This document shows, one piece after another, positions 55,982 through 64,000 of a DNA stretch of 64,000 nucleotides (positions are counted from its first letter, which is position 1; each line of letters begins with the position of its first letter). The position numbers and the translations under genes are program-made. The notes under the pieces are model-generated. The model made no database searches. It was not told the origin of the DNA and saw only the letters and a program-made list of their open reading frames with translations. Origin of the DNA: Candidatus Poribacteria bacterium (GTDB lineage: Bacteria > Poribacteria > WGA-4E > PCPOR2b). The DNA lies in contig OZ242351.1 in NCBI GenBank assembly GCA_965208675.1, positions 1,376,001 through 1,440,000 of the forward strand, given 5' to 3'.

Positions 55982-57460
55982 TCAGTTGGCAGTCTGAATA
56001 TAGTTAATTGCCCGATCCAACCTTTCAACCACTTTCTCCCTGCCGAGCAGGGCGATAATGTCAAACAATCCCGGACCGCCGGAAACGCCGGTGAGGGCGA
56101 TTCTTAACGGCTGCATCCCGCGAATTCGTTTGATTTCCTTTTCGTCAAGAAAATTCCACATTGCAGTTTCGATTTTTTCCATTTCAAACACTTCGATTGA
56201 CTTTAAGACCTCACGCAAACCCTGCAAAATTGCGGCAGGGTCGCCTTTCCACCACTTTTTGATTGCCCGCGGGTCATAGTCAAAGTTGTCCGTGAAGAAA
56301 TAGGCGTAATCGGCAATATCCGCCAAAGTTGTCATTCGATCCCCAACTGCCTCGACAATCTTCTCTAACCAAGACTGGCAATCTTTCGTTACGTCGGTTT
56401 CCAGCAACCCGCGCTTCCGCAGAAAAGGGTGAACCGCTTCAGTCCGCTCAACCAAGTCAAGCTTCATAATGTATGTTTTGTTCAGCCATTGGAGTTTGTT
56501 AATGTCGAAGACTCCCTCACTTCTCCCGATTCGCTCGATGTTGAATTTCTCAACGAGTTCGTCCAGAGAGAATATTTCCGATTTGTCGTCGTAAGACCAG
56601 CCCAATCGAACTAGGAAGTTTATCATTGCCTCCGGCAAATAACCATCCTCGCGGTATTTTCCCACAGCAACTAAATCTCCGTGGCGCCGTTTGCTGAGTT
56701 TTTCACCCTTGCTGCTACCGAGCACCAGCGGCAGGTGCGCAAAAACCGGTAATTCAAATCCGAGGGCGCGACAGATTAAGATTTGTTTCGGGGTATTGGA
56801 TAGGTGATCTTTACCGCGAATAACATGAGAAATCCCCATCTCGTGGTCATCAATTGCCGACGTGAAATTATACAGAGGATTACCGTTGGATTTGACAATA
56901 ATGAAGTCATCGAGAGTATCGGCTTCAAATGTAACATCGCCCTGAACTAAATCGCGCACGATTATTGCGCTGTCCGATATTTTTAGCCTAACTGTCGGTT
57001 TTCGACCACCTGCGTTTAGCCTGTTTCGCTCCTGCTCTGTCAAGTGTTTACATTTTCCAGCATAGTGAGGCTGCCGTCCATCAGCGAAGGCGTTTTCTCG
57101 CATCTGCTTCAACTCATCCGCGGTGCAGTAGCAATAATAAGCATCACCACTGTCAAGCAACTTATGTACGTATTCTTGATAGAGGTTGTGCCTTTCGGAT
57201 TGGATATACGGCCCACAAGCCCCGCCCGCAATGGGACCTTCGTCCCACGTGAGTCCCAGCCATTCTAACAACTCATAGATTGACCGCGTGGATTCGTCCG
57301 TGAATCTAGATTCGTCTGTATCGTCAATTCGGAGGATGAATTGTCCATCAAAATGCCTTGCAAAAAGCCAGTTAAATAGCGCAGTGCGCGCTCCCCCGAT
57401 GTGGAGGAATCCGGTTGGAGACGGCGCGAAGCGGACTCTAACTGTTTTATCCGATACCAT
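55982..57460 (-). CDS. gltX: Glutamate--tRNA ligase
   Basis: RFAPSPTG, HIGG, LRIDDTD, HVIRG, KLSKR and the anticodon-binding domain. Confidence 0.96.
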   Translation of the reverse strand: MVSDKTVRVRFAPSPTGFLHIGGARTALFNWLFARHFDGQFILRIDDTDESRFTDESTRSIYELLEWLGLTWDEGPIAGGACGPYIQSERHNLYQEYVHKLLDSGDAYYCYCTADELKQMRENAFADGRQPHYAGKCKHLTEQERNRLNAGGRKPTVRLKISDSAIIVRDLVQGDVTFEADTLDDFIIVKSNGNPLYNFTSAIDDHEMGISHVIRGKDHLSNTPKQILICRALGFELPVFAHLPLVLGSSKGEKLSKRRHGDLVAVGKYREDGYLPEAMINFLVRLGWSYDDKSEIFSLDELVEKFNIERIGRSEGVFDINKLQWLNKTYIMKLDLVERTEAVHPFLRKRGLLETDVTKDCQSWLEKIVEAVGDRMTTLADIADYAYFFTDNFDYDPRAIKKWWKGDPAAILQGLREVLKSIEVFEMEKIETAMWNFLDEKEIKRIRGMQPLRIALTGVSGGPGLFDIIALLGREKVVERLDRAINYIQTAN

Positions 57461-57542
57461 TCTAAATTTATCTCCGGTTTGAAATAAATCTTCGCATGAA
57501 GTACATGGAAGTTTGATACACTTTCGTGATGTGTGGTTATGT

Positions 57543-58385
57543 TTAGCTGAAAGCCATTTCGAGCGGATTAAGCGTCAACTCAGGTGTCAGGTAGCCTGCT
57601 GTAATCTCCGCTGAATGTTCAAAGATAAGCAACCAGTTTTCCTGCCACGCCTGCTTGAGCATCCGTTCCTTAGTCTCCATCGTAGTCATCGGAAACAGAT
57701 CGTATCCCATGACATAGTGAGTTTTTAGGTGCGACAGCGTGGGAACTAGATCGGCAAGAAAACAGGCAATTTTACCTTCAGACCGCACGACCACGACCTG
57801 ATGATTTTCCGTGTGGCCTGGCGCGGACTGCACTGACACGCCGGGCGCAATCTCTTGGTCATGTGACGTAAGCACCACCTGCCCGCGCTTCATGAGTGGC
57901 TCCCAAGTGTACGGGAGATAACTGGGTTTGCTACGCGGGTCCGGCTGCTCGGCGTATGCAAGTTCGTCCCGATTGATGTAATACACAGCGCTGGAGAATG
58001 TCGGTTTTAGTTCTCCGCTGCTATCCTTGAAACAGTTCCCGCCGGAGTGGTCGAAATGCATGTGTGTGAGAATGACTTTAGTAACATCCGCCGCTTTTAC
58101 ATCCACGCCTTCAAGGCATTTTACCAGATTGGTCTGTGACCTGTCCAATCCGTAAAGAGAGGCGAATTTATCGTTGTAAATGGACCCCATGCCAGTATCG
58201 ACCAAGATGGTGTCCGCCGCATCTCGGATTAGCAGGCAATTTAGCCCAAGTAGAATTCGATTTCGCGCGTCCGCCGGATTGTCTTTTTCCCATATCACTT
58301 TCGGGATGATGCCGAACATGGCGCCGCCATCCAAACGAAATGTGCCGGCGTTAATAACAGACAACTCAAATTCACCAAACTTCAT
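57543..58385 (-). CDS. MBL-fold metallo-hydrolase (YtnP-like)
   Basis: LDGGAMFG, THMHFDH, PGHT, ADL, MGYD and FEH. Confidence 0.9.
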   Translation of the reverse strand: MKFGEFELSVINAGTFRLDGGAMFGIIPKVIWEKDNPADARNRILLGLNCLLIRDAADTILVDTGMGSIYNDKFASLYGLDRSQTNLVKCLEGVDVKAADVTKVILTHMHFDHSGGNCFKDSSGELKPTFSSAVYYINRDELAYAEQPDPRSKPSYLPYTWEPLMKRGQVVLTSHDQEIAPGVSVQSAPGHTENHQVVVVRSEGKIACFLADLVPTLSHLKTHYVMGYDLFPMTTMETKERMLKQAWQENWLLIFEHSAEITAGYLTPELTLNPLEMAFS

Positions 58386-58469
58386 AACAAATTCTCAGAG
58401 GACAATTTCCAGTGCCAAATACGCCGGATACTTATCCATTTCCGACTAGTAACTCACGAATGTCTCGAC

Positions 58470-59669
58470 CTAAATCTGATGGATATCCAATTCCGTCAAG
58501 GGTACATAATATGGTTTCGGAAGATCACCGAAAATTGGGCGGAAATATCCGATGCCCGCGCGTGAAATCTGGAGGTTTTCCGTATCGTAAAACCGGAGAT
58601 CAATATTACGGGGGATGACCTTGCCGGCATCGTCAAATTTGATGATCTCATCTAAAGGAAATAACTTTGGTTGAAGCCCGACTTCGGTGCGGGTAATGGC
58701 CGCGACATGGTTGGCTTGGCCTTTGGCAAATGCATCTACCGCTAACCATCCCGCTCTGACGGCGGAATCCCGATCTATCTGTATCGGTGCCCCGCACCGC
58801 TGCAGATGTGCGAGGATGAGATGACGAAAGCTTGAAAACGGAATTGCGGGTGCAAGGCGCCTTTTCATGGCGGCTGCAATAAGTTCTGAACAGCCGCCCG
58901 GTGTGGTATGGCCAAATGCGTCAATTTCTTCCTGAGAACTAATCATCAATTCGCCCTTCCGGTTCCTAATCCCTTCGGCAATTACTACGATAACGCTGCC
59001 TTTCTCCGCATACTTTTTTTCGATTGCCGCGGCAAGCCGATCAGCGTCGTAACGCACTTCAGGAACAACAATCAGATCTGCGTTTCCATAAGCGGCTGAA
59101 AGCGTGAGCCAACCCGCGTCGCGCCCCATGGTTTCAACAAAGAAAATTCTGTCATGCGAATATGCAGTTGTGCGTAGATCGCGAACACAATTTATTAGGC
59201 GGCTGGCGGCTGTCGGGAAACCGAGGCAGAAGTAGTTGACAATCTGCGAATAATCGATAGAGTCGCCGTTGGGTGCATTAAGGCCGACATCGTTATCTAT
59301 GGTTTTTGCGACGAATGTCGTCGTGAAAATCTCCGACAGTGCGGCGCCAATGCTTAACGTATCATCGCCGCCTATTGGGATAAGTCCATCAATGCGAAAT
59401 TTTCGGAGATTGTCGATAGCCTCATCCATTTTGTTTTCGGCGATGAGGTTGGTACGCGAACTTTTGAGCAGCGTGCCGCCTTGATTTTCGTCAATTAAAT
59501 CGGGAGTGAGCGTAAAGTAAGAGCCGCCATTGAGAACACCGCGCCATCCCTTCATAAACCCGATTAATTCGAAACCGAGTTCTTCTGCCTTGAGCGCCAC
59601 GCCTTCAAGTGTAGCATTCAGCGCACTCGTATCTCCACCGCCAGTTAAAACACCAATGCGCTTAGCCAT
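58470..59669 (-). CDS. 6-phosphofructokinase family, probably PPi-dependent
   Basis: TGGGD, GGDDT, KTIDND and ETMGRDAGW. Confidence 0.85.
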   Translation of the reverse strand: MAKRIGVLTGGGDTSALNATLEGVALKAEELGFELIGFMKGWRGVLNGGSYFTLTPDLIDENQGGTLLKSSRTNLIAENKMDEAIDNLRKFRIDGLIPIGGDDTLSIGAALSEIFTTTFVAKTIDNDVGLNAPNGDSIDYSQIVNYFCLGFPTAASRLINCVRDLRTTAYSHDRIFFVETMGRDAGWLTLSAAYGNADLIVVPEVRYDADRLAAAIEKKYAEKGSVIVVIAEGIRNRKGELMISSQEEIDAFGHTTPGGCSELIAAAMKRRLAPAIPFSSFRHLILAHLQRCGAPIQIDRDSAVRAGWLAVDAFAKGQANHVAAITRTEVGLQPKLFPLDEIIKFDDAGKVIPRNIDLRFYDTENLQISRAGIGYFRPIFGDLPKPYYVPLTELDIHQI

Positions 59670-59712
59670 TTTAACTCCTTTACATGGTATATCCCAAACA
59701 CACGATACCCGC

Positions 59713-60207
59713 TTACCAGAAATACTGCTCTGCTTCCTCTCGTTTTACGTGGTAAACGCGGCTAATCTCGGCAATGCCGCCGAGACGGTACTTTTCGGGA
59801 GCGCTCGGATGGTTTGCCGGGATACAAACTTTGTAGGAATCGGCGAGTAGTTGATAATCGCCGCCCCAAGGCGTCTCGGGGAGGGATTCAAGCAAACTCG
59901 CCCGCCAACCCTCAATCCCCGGATCAGCGATAAGGTCGTCCAATGCCTTGGGGTATTCATTGGTATATCTGTGGTACTTTTGGATGGCGATCGAAATTTC
60001 TTCGACATGCCCGTCCGCTTGGCTGACTTTGCGGTATTGCAGCCACGGGGGCAGGGCGAGCGCCGCGATGAGCACTGTTATCCCGATTAAGATGAGCAAC
60101 TGAACGCGCGTCATTCCCGTTGCGTCAAATTTGTGAAAAGATTTAAAGGGATAGGAGTTGGCATTTTTGGCCGGATTCGGGATTTTAGCGTAGGTTTTTT
60201 TGGACAT
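59713..60207 (-). CDS. GspG-like pseudopilin (type II secretion protein G domain)
   Basis: G|MTRVQLLILIGITVLIAALALP prepilin-like helix; YP..LDDL, GW and TPWGGDY. Confidence 0.7.
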   Translation of the reverse strand: MSKKTYAKIPNPAKNANSYPFKSFHKFDATGMTRVQLLILIGITVLIAALALPPWLQYRKVSQADGHVEEISIAIQKYHRYTNEYPKALDDLIADPGIEGWRASLLESLPETPWGGDYQLLADSYKVCIPANHPSAPEKYRLGGIAEISRVYHVKREEAEQYFW

Positions 60208-60290
60208 ATGAACTTCTAGCGATTTACGACGGTATTACTTGCGCATCACGATTTGAAAAACTGTTTCTGAGAAATCCATTAAATTGATGC

Positions 60291-60716
60291 CTATCTCGAG
60301 ATGATTAGATAAACACCGCTACAAACGAGAATCATGCCGATGACGTATCGGAGTGTGAGCGGTTCACCAAGCAGCACTAAACCGGCTAAACTCGCCAACA
60401 CCAACCCTCCAAGCCGAATAACCGGCGCCCCCACGGAAATGGGCGCTCCTGCGCCGAACGTGGCGTATAACCCCAAGGTAACGGCGCTAAATGCCACGCC
60501 CACGCCCAAAGCCGCCAAGACACCTGATGTTTGAGCGTGTTGCGGCACACCGCGAGCCCACTGCCACGCAACCCAGACTATGCCTGTGAGGAATGTACAA
60601 CTCCCGTACAACAGCAACCCCAAGCTATTCGAAAGTCTGCCTGCTGCGAGTTTCACGAAAAAGTCAGCGCTCGCCAGCGCGAGAGCGGTGATGAGCGCAT
60701 AGTGGATCCAGCCCAT
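60291..60716 (-). CDS. EamA/DMT family transporter
   Basis: About five TMs; PISVGAPV and LGEPLT...GMIL; start MGWIHY. Confidence 0.8.
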   Translation of the reverse strand: MGWIHYALITALALASADFFVKLAAGRLSNSLGLLLYGSCTFLTGIVWVAWQWARGVPQHAQTSGVLAALGVGVAFSAVTLGLYATFGAGAPISVGAPVIRLGGLVLASLAGLVLLGEPLTLRYVIGMILVCSGVYLIISR

Positions 60717-60800
60717 GATTTGAGCGTATCTCCAGTTTTCTCGGTCTGCTCTAGTTTGGGTGCCGCATTGATTGAAAATTAGGTACCATAGCACCCAAAT

Positions 60801-61580
60801 TTACCATGCTCCGATACCGCCGAGCAGCAGCTTGCGTACTGCCGAACCTTCATCCCGCAATCGCGCCACACGAGGGCCGCCAAAGGGTTCGCGTGACTTC
60901 ATCCAAGCGTTTTGATAGCACATGAGACAGACGCGGCGTCTTTCCGATGATTTGTTCTCCGCACCCCGGTGCCAAGTCCATCCGTCAAACATCACCGCTT
61001 GACCGGGTTTGGCAAGCACATATTTCTCGTCAGGCAACTGCACACTTCCACCTGGCGGCCGAAAAGGCGCCCTGTTGCTCCCGGGCACGATAACGATTGG
61101 ACCGTTATCCATGGTGATTTCGTCAAGATAGTATCCGCAGTTGATATGGCCCGGCGGCTGGCTACCATACGGTGATAAAGCGGGCTCCATGGGCCACGGA
61201 TTGTCACGATGCCAATTCTGGTCGGGCGCACCGGGATCGGTCACTCTTCCGGTTGCACTGTGAAGTTGAACGCAACTCCCCAATAGCGCGCGCATGCGGT
61301 TGAAAACGGGCGGGTTATCAAGCAGAAAACTAAAACAATCGTCCTCTTCCAGAAGCTCGCCAATGAACTGATCTTGGCGGCGTTCAAAGCTTTCGTCCAG
61401 GGCTAGGCGCAACGACTCGACTTGTTCCATGGAGATTGCGTTTTCCACGATGAGGTAGCCCCAGTTCAGGAAAAAAGCAACATCGCGTTCCAGACTAGGA
61501 TCCGCGTCACGGTGGCTCTCGTGAATTTCCCACTGATCCGGGATAATTGAGCGATTATCTGCCAAAACACCATCCTCCAA
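60801..61580 (-). CDS. Phytanoyl-CoA dioxygenase (PhyH) family dioxygenase
   Basis: WGYL, WHRD, NGPIVIVPGSN, WHRG and RR. Confidence 0.9.
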   Translation of the reverse strand: MEDGVLADNRSIIPDQWEIHESHRDADPSLERDVAFFLNWGYLIVENAISMEQVESLRLALDESFERRQDQFIGELLEEDDCFSFLLDNPPVFNRMRALLGSCVQLHSATGRVTDPGAPDQNWHRDNPWPMEPALSPYGSQPPGHINCGYYLDEITMDNGPIVIVPGSNRAPFRPPGGSVQLPDEKYVLAKPGQAVMFDGWTWHRGAENKSSERRRVCLMCYQNAWMKSREPFGGPRVARLRDEGSAVRKLLLGGIGAW

Positions 61581-61693
61581 ATATTATGATTGAAGCGCTG
61601 AACCGCCGGTTCAAATGGCAACAAGGACTACTGGTTTCCGACGGGGCAACTGGGAAACTATTAGCGGATAGCCGTTCGATAAAATTGAACACC

Positions 61694-62647
61694 TCAACTC
61701 TGCCTGACCAGTTTCTGGAGCGAACGCAATTCTCTCGGAGGATTCATGCGGCTGCCGTAGTCGCTCCAGGACACCTCAGCGACGTAGATGTCTCCTTTAG
61801 AGTCGGCAGCAATGCCGTGGGGCGAATAAAACCTGCCCGGTTCGTCGCCGTAGGAGAGGTCGCCCACCCTTGCCAGAACGTTCCCTTTGAGGTCTAGGAC
61901 AGAGACTCGAGGTCCAAGGCGCTTTCCGGCAACGTTTGTCTGGATACCCCCATAGTATTCGCCGACGTAGACTAACTGGTCGCTCCGATGGTCTACATGA
62001 ATGCAGGCTGCCCTCGACAAGTTGACCCACTGCGCCTCATACTTCCCGTTGGAATCAAACACTTGGATTCGGTGGTTTTCGCGATCAGCAACGTACACCC
62101 AGCCCTCTTTGTCCGTCACGATGTTATGCACAATATTGAACTGACCCGGATCGGTACCGGACTCGCCCCAAGAAAACAATAGGCGTCCGTCGGGCGAAAA
62201 TTTGTGAACGCGCGCATTTGCGTAGCCGTCGGCTACATACAGTTCGCCGGTTTGGGAATCCACAGCGAGGTGCGTCGGTTCGTTGAAGGGGATGCCGCTC
62301 ATCGCCGGGGAGTGCTGGTTTTCAGCGCCGAGGGTCATCAGGAGTCTTCCGTCGGGTGTAAATTTTCGGACGGTATGATCGAAGTTGTCCACGCAATAAA
62401 CCGAATCGTCGGGCCCTATGGTGACACCGTGCGGATTAGTGAATATGCCATTGCCCCAGGTTCGCACCACATTTCCTTGGGAATCGAAGACTATCATCGG
62501 GTGCGTCCCCCGGTTAAACACATAGACGTTGTCCTTCGAGTCCACAGCGACAGCCGTGGCTTCTTTGTAGGTCCAATCCTCCGGCATATTACCCCAGTTT
62601 TTGCCTGAGACTTCGTACGTAAAACTCCCGCTACCCAAACTGACCAT
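61694..62647 (-). CDS. NHL-repeat protein, peptidyl-alpha-hydroxyglycine alpha-amidating lyase (PAL) family
   Basis: NPHG, ADGYANARV, FNIVH, ADRENHRIQ and SPHG. Confidence 0.85.
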   Translation of the reverse strand: MVSLGSGSFTYEVSGKNWGNMPEDWTYKEATAVAVDSKDNVYVFNRGTHPMIVFDSQGNVVRTWGNGIFTNPHGVTIGPDDSVYCVDNFDHTVRKFTPDGRLLMTLGAENQHSPAMSGIPFNEPTHLAVDSQTGELYVADGYANARVHKFSPDGRLLFSWGESGTDPGQFNIVHNIVTDKEGWVYVADRENHRIQVFDSNGKYEAQWVNLSRAACIHVDHRSDQLVYVGEYYGGIQTNVAGKRLGPRVSVLDLKGNVLARVGDLSYGDEPGRFYSPHGIAADSKGDIYVAEVSWSDYGSRMNPPRELRSLQKLVRQS

Positions 62648-62733
62648 ATGTTACCTCCGCGATGAAGAATGCTTCGATAATTTTACAGCGTGCCATCTAT
62701 TGTAATTCGTAAATTTGTGCGAGTCTAATAACC

Positions 62734-64000
62734 TTAACCGACCAGCCATATATACCGCGCTACAAAAAGCACTGCGAACAGATAAATCAGCCAGTGCACC
62801 TGCCGACCACGGCCGCTGACGAGTTTTAACAACACATACGATATAAAGCCGAAGGCGATGCCTTCCGTAATGCTTATGGTTAGCGGCATCATCAACAGTG
62901 TCAGAAAGGCGGGGATAGATTCGGTGAAATCGTCCCAATCTATAGACACCACATTCTTTAGCATCAGACATCCGATGATAATTAGCGCCGGCGCAACCAC
63001 CGGATACAGAATTGTATTTTCTCCAATTGCGTGTCCAGCCCCAACCATCTTTATTAACGGACTAAAGAACAACGCAAGCAACATCAGAATTGCAGTAACG
63101 ATGTTGGTTATGCCGGTACGTCCGCCCGCGGATATTCCCGACGCGCTCTCAATGTAACTGGTGACGGTTGATGTGCCGAGCAGCGCGCCGGTGCTGGTGG
63201 CAACCGCATCGGAAAACAGGGCACGCCGCGCTCTCGGCAGCTTTCCATCAACCATTAAGCCGGCTTGCTCGCCGACGCCGACCAGCGTTCCGACGGTATC
63301 GAAGAGATCCAGAAAGATAAAGATGAATATTATAGCTATAAGCTCAGGATTCACGAAAATGTTGGGAATCTGGAGCTTGAAGAAGGTCGGCGCCATTGAA
63401 GGCGGTGCCGAAACAACACCCTCGAACTTCACCTGCCCCGCAATGAGCCCGACAACAGACGTAGCCAGAATACCTATCAAGATAGCGCCGCCGACATTAC
63501 GAGCGAATAGAATTGCAATCACGACTAGTCCGAACAGCGACAGCATCACCGGCGCGGATTTCAGATTTCCGAGCGTGACATAGGTCGCCGGGTGGTCGAC
63601 GATAAGCCCTCCCCACTCCAAGCCTACAAGCGCTATTAGCAATCCAATTCCAGCGGGAATTGCGTTCCTTAACGAAACCGGCAGAACCCCCATCACCTTT
63701 TCGCGCAACCCGACAAAGGAGAGCAGGACAAAAAACGCTCCCGCAATGAAAACTGCGCCGAGCGCTTGTTGCCACGCTACACCGAGCGTAAGACAAACCG
63801 TGTAGGTGAAATAGAAGTTATGTCCCATGCCCGGCGCAAGCGCAATCGGATAGTTGGCGAGGAATGCCATCAATAGCATCGCGAATGCGCTCGTAATGCA
63901 CGTTGCCGCCATCACTGCGCCGGAATCCATTCCCGCGGCTGAAAGCACCGCGGGTTGGACGAAAATAATGTACGATAGTGTCATGAACGTCGTACAGCCC
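62734..64000 (-). CDS. NCS2/AzgA family purine permease (5' end beyond the window)
   Basis: TTFMTLSYII, APGMG, DLFDTVGT, TSYIESASG and GGRTG; the frame is open to the window edge. Confidence 0.92.
   Translation of the reverse strand, partial: GCTTFMTLSYIIFVQPAVLSAAGMDSGAVMAATCITSAFAMLLMAFLANYPIALAPGMGHNFYFTYTVCLTLGVAWQQALGAVFIAGAFFVLLSFVGLREKVMGVLPVSLRNAIPAGIGLLIALVGLEWGGLIVDHPATYVTLGNLKSAPVMLSLFGLVVIAILFARNVGGAILIGILATSVVGLIAGQVKFEGVVSAPPSMAPTFFKLQIPNIFVNPELIAIIFIFIFLDLFDTVGTLVGVGEQAGLMVDGKLPRARRALFSDAVATSTGALLGTSTVTSYIESASGISAGGRTGITNIVTAILMLLALFFSPLIKMVGAGHAIGENTILYPVVAPALIIIGCLMLKNVVSIDWDDFTESIPAFLTLLMMPLTISITEGIAFGFISYVLLKLVSGRGRQVHWLIYLFAVLFVARYIWLVG

Noticed and set aside
57543-58385. 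MBL protein as a beta-lactamase or quorum-quenching lactonase
   Set aside because: HxHxDH is shared across the superfamily and there is no signal peptide; substrate cannot be inferred from sequence.

Overview
Bacterial chromosomal window of roughly 50% GC with about 43 protein-coding genes. I found no rRNA, tRNA, CRISPR array or intact transposase. Gene content suggests a Candidatus Poribacteria-like (sponge-associated) lineage, by inference only: three PhyH dioxygenases, a DUF6785-type membrane protein, secreted LamG/CBM proteins ending in KLxxxWGxxK, a trypsin-TPR protein, an NHL protein and GTAG-type REP-like hairpins. The standout is a 12-kb six-gene operon at 16098-28166 behind a near-consensus sigma70 promoter. 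It encodes a 2475-aa signal-peptide protein that fuses a catalytically degenerate, nicastrin/nicalin-like M28 fold to a MacB/FtsX permease. That protein carries a PA domain into which two LysM domains are inserted, each split by DGxDNxxDGxxDE repeats, plus a helical insert of about 535 aa. The remaining genes are a small membrane protein, an OPT-like transporter, an internally duplicated unknown protein, a stand-alone PqqD/RRE protein and a MacB/LolD-type ATPase; no RiPP-modifying enzyme or precursor is nearby. Other notable items: a likely non-phosphorylative L-fucose/L-rhamnose cluster with an HSD17B14-like dehydrogenase; a PAL-like NHL lyase with intact catalytic residues next to a purine permease and a PhyH hydroxylase; a Na+,H+-type membrane PPase plus a PPi-type PFK; an EF-G2 lacking the catalytic His; an rpsA with an acidic N-terminal extension of about 110 aa; and four candidate single-base frameshifts at short homopolymers. 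The right half is mostly housekeeping (radC, ilvD, hppA, folC, glyA, murJ, pdxH, leuB, gltX). All family assignments come from motif recognition by eye, not database searches.
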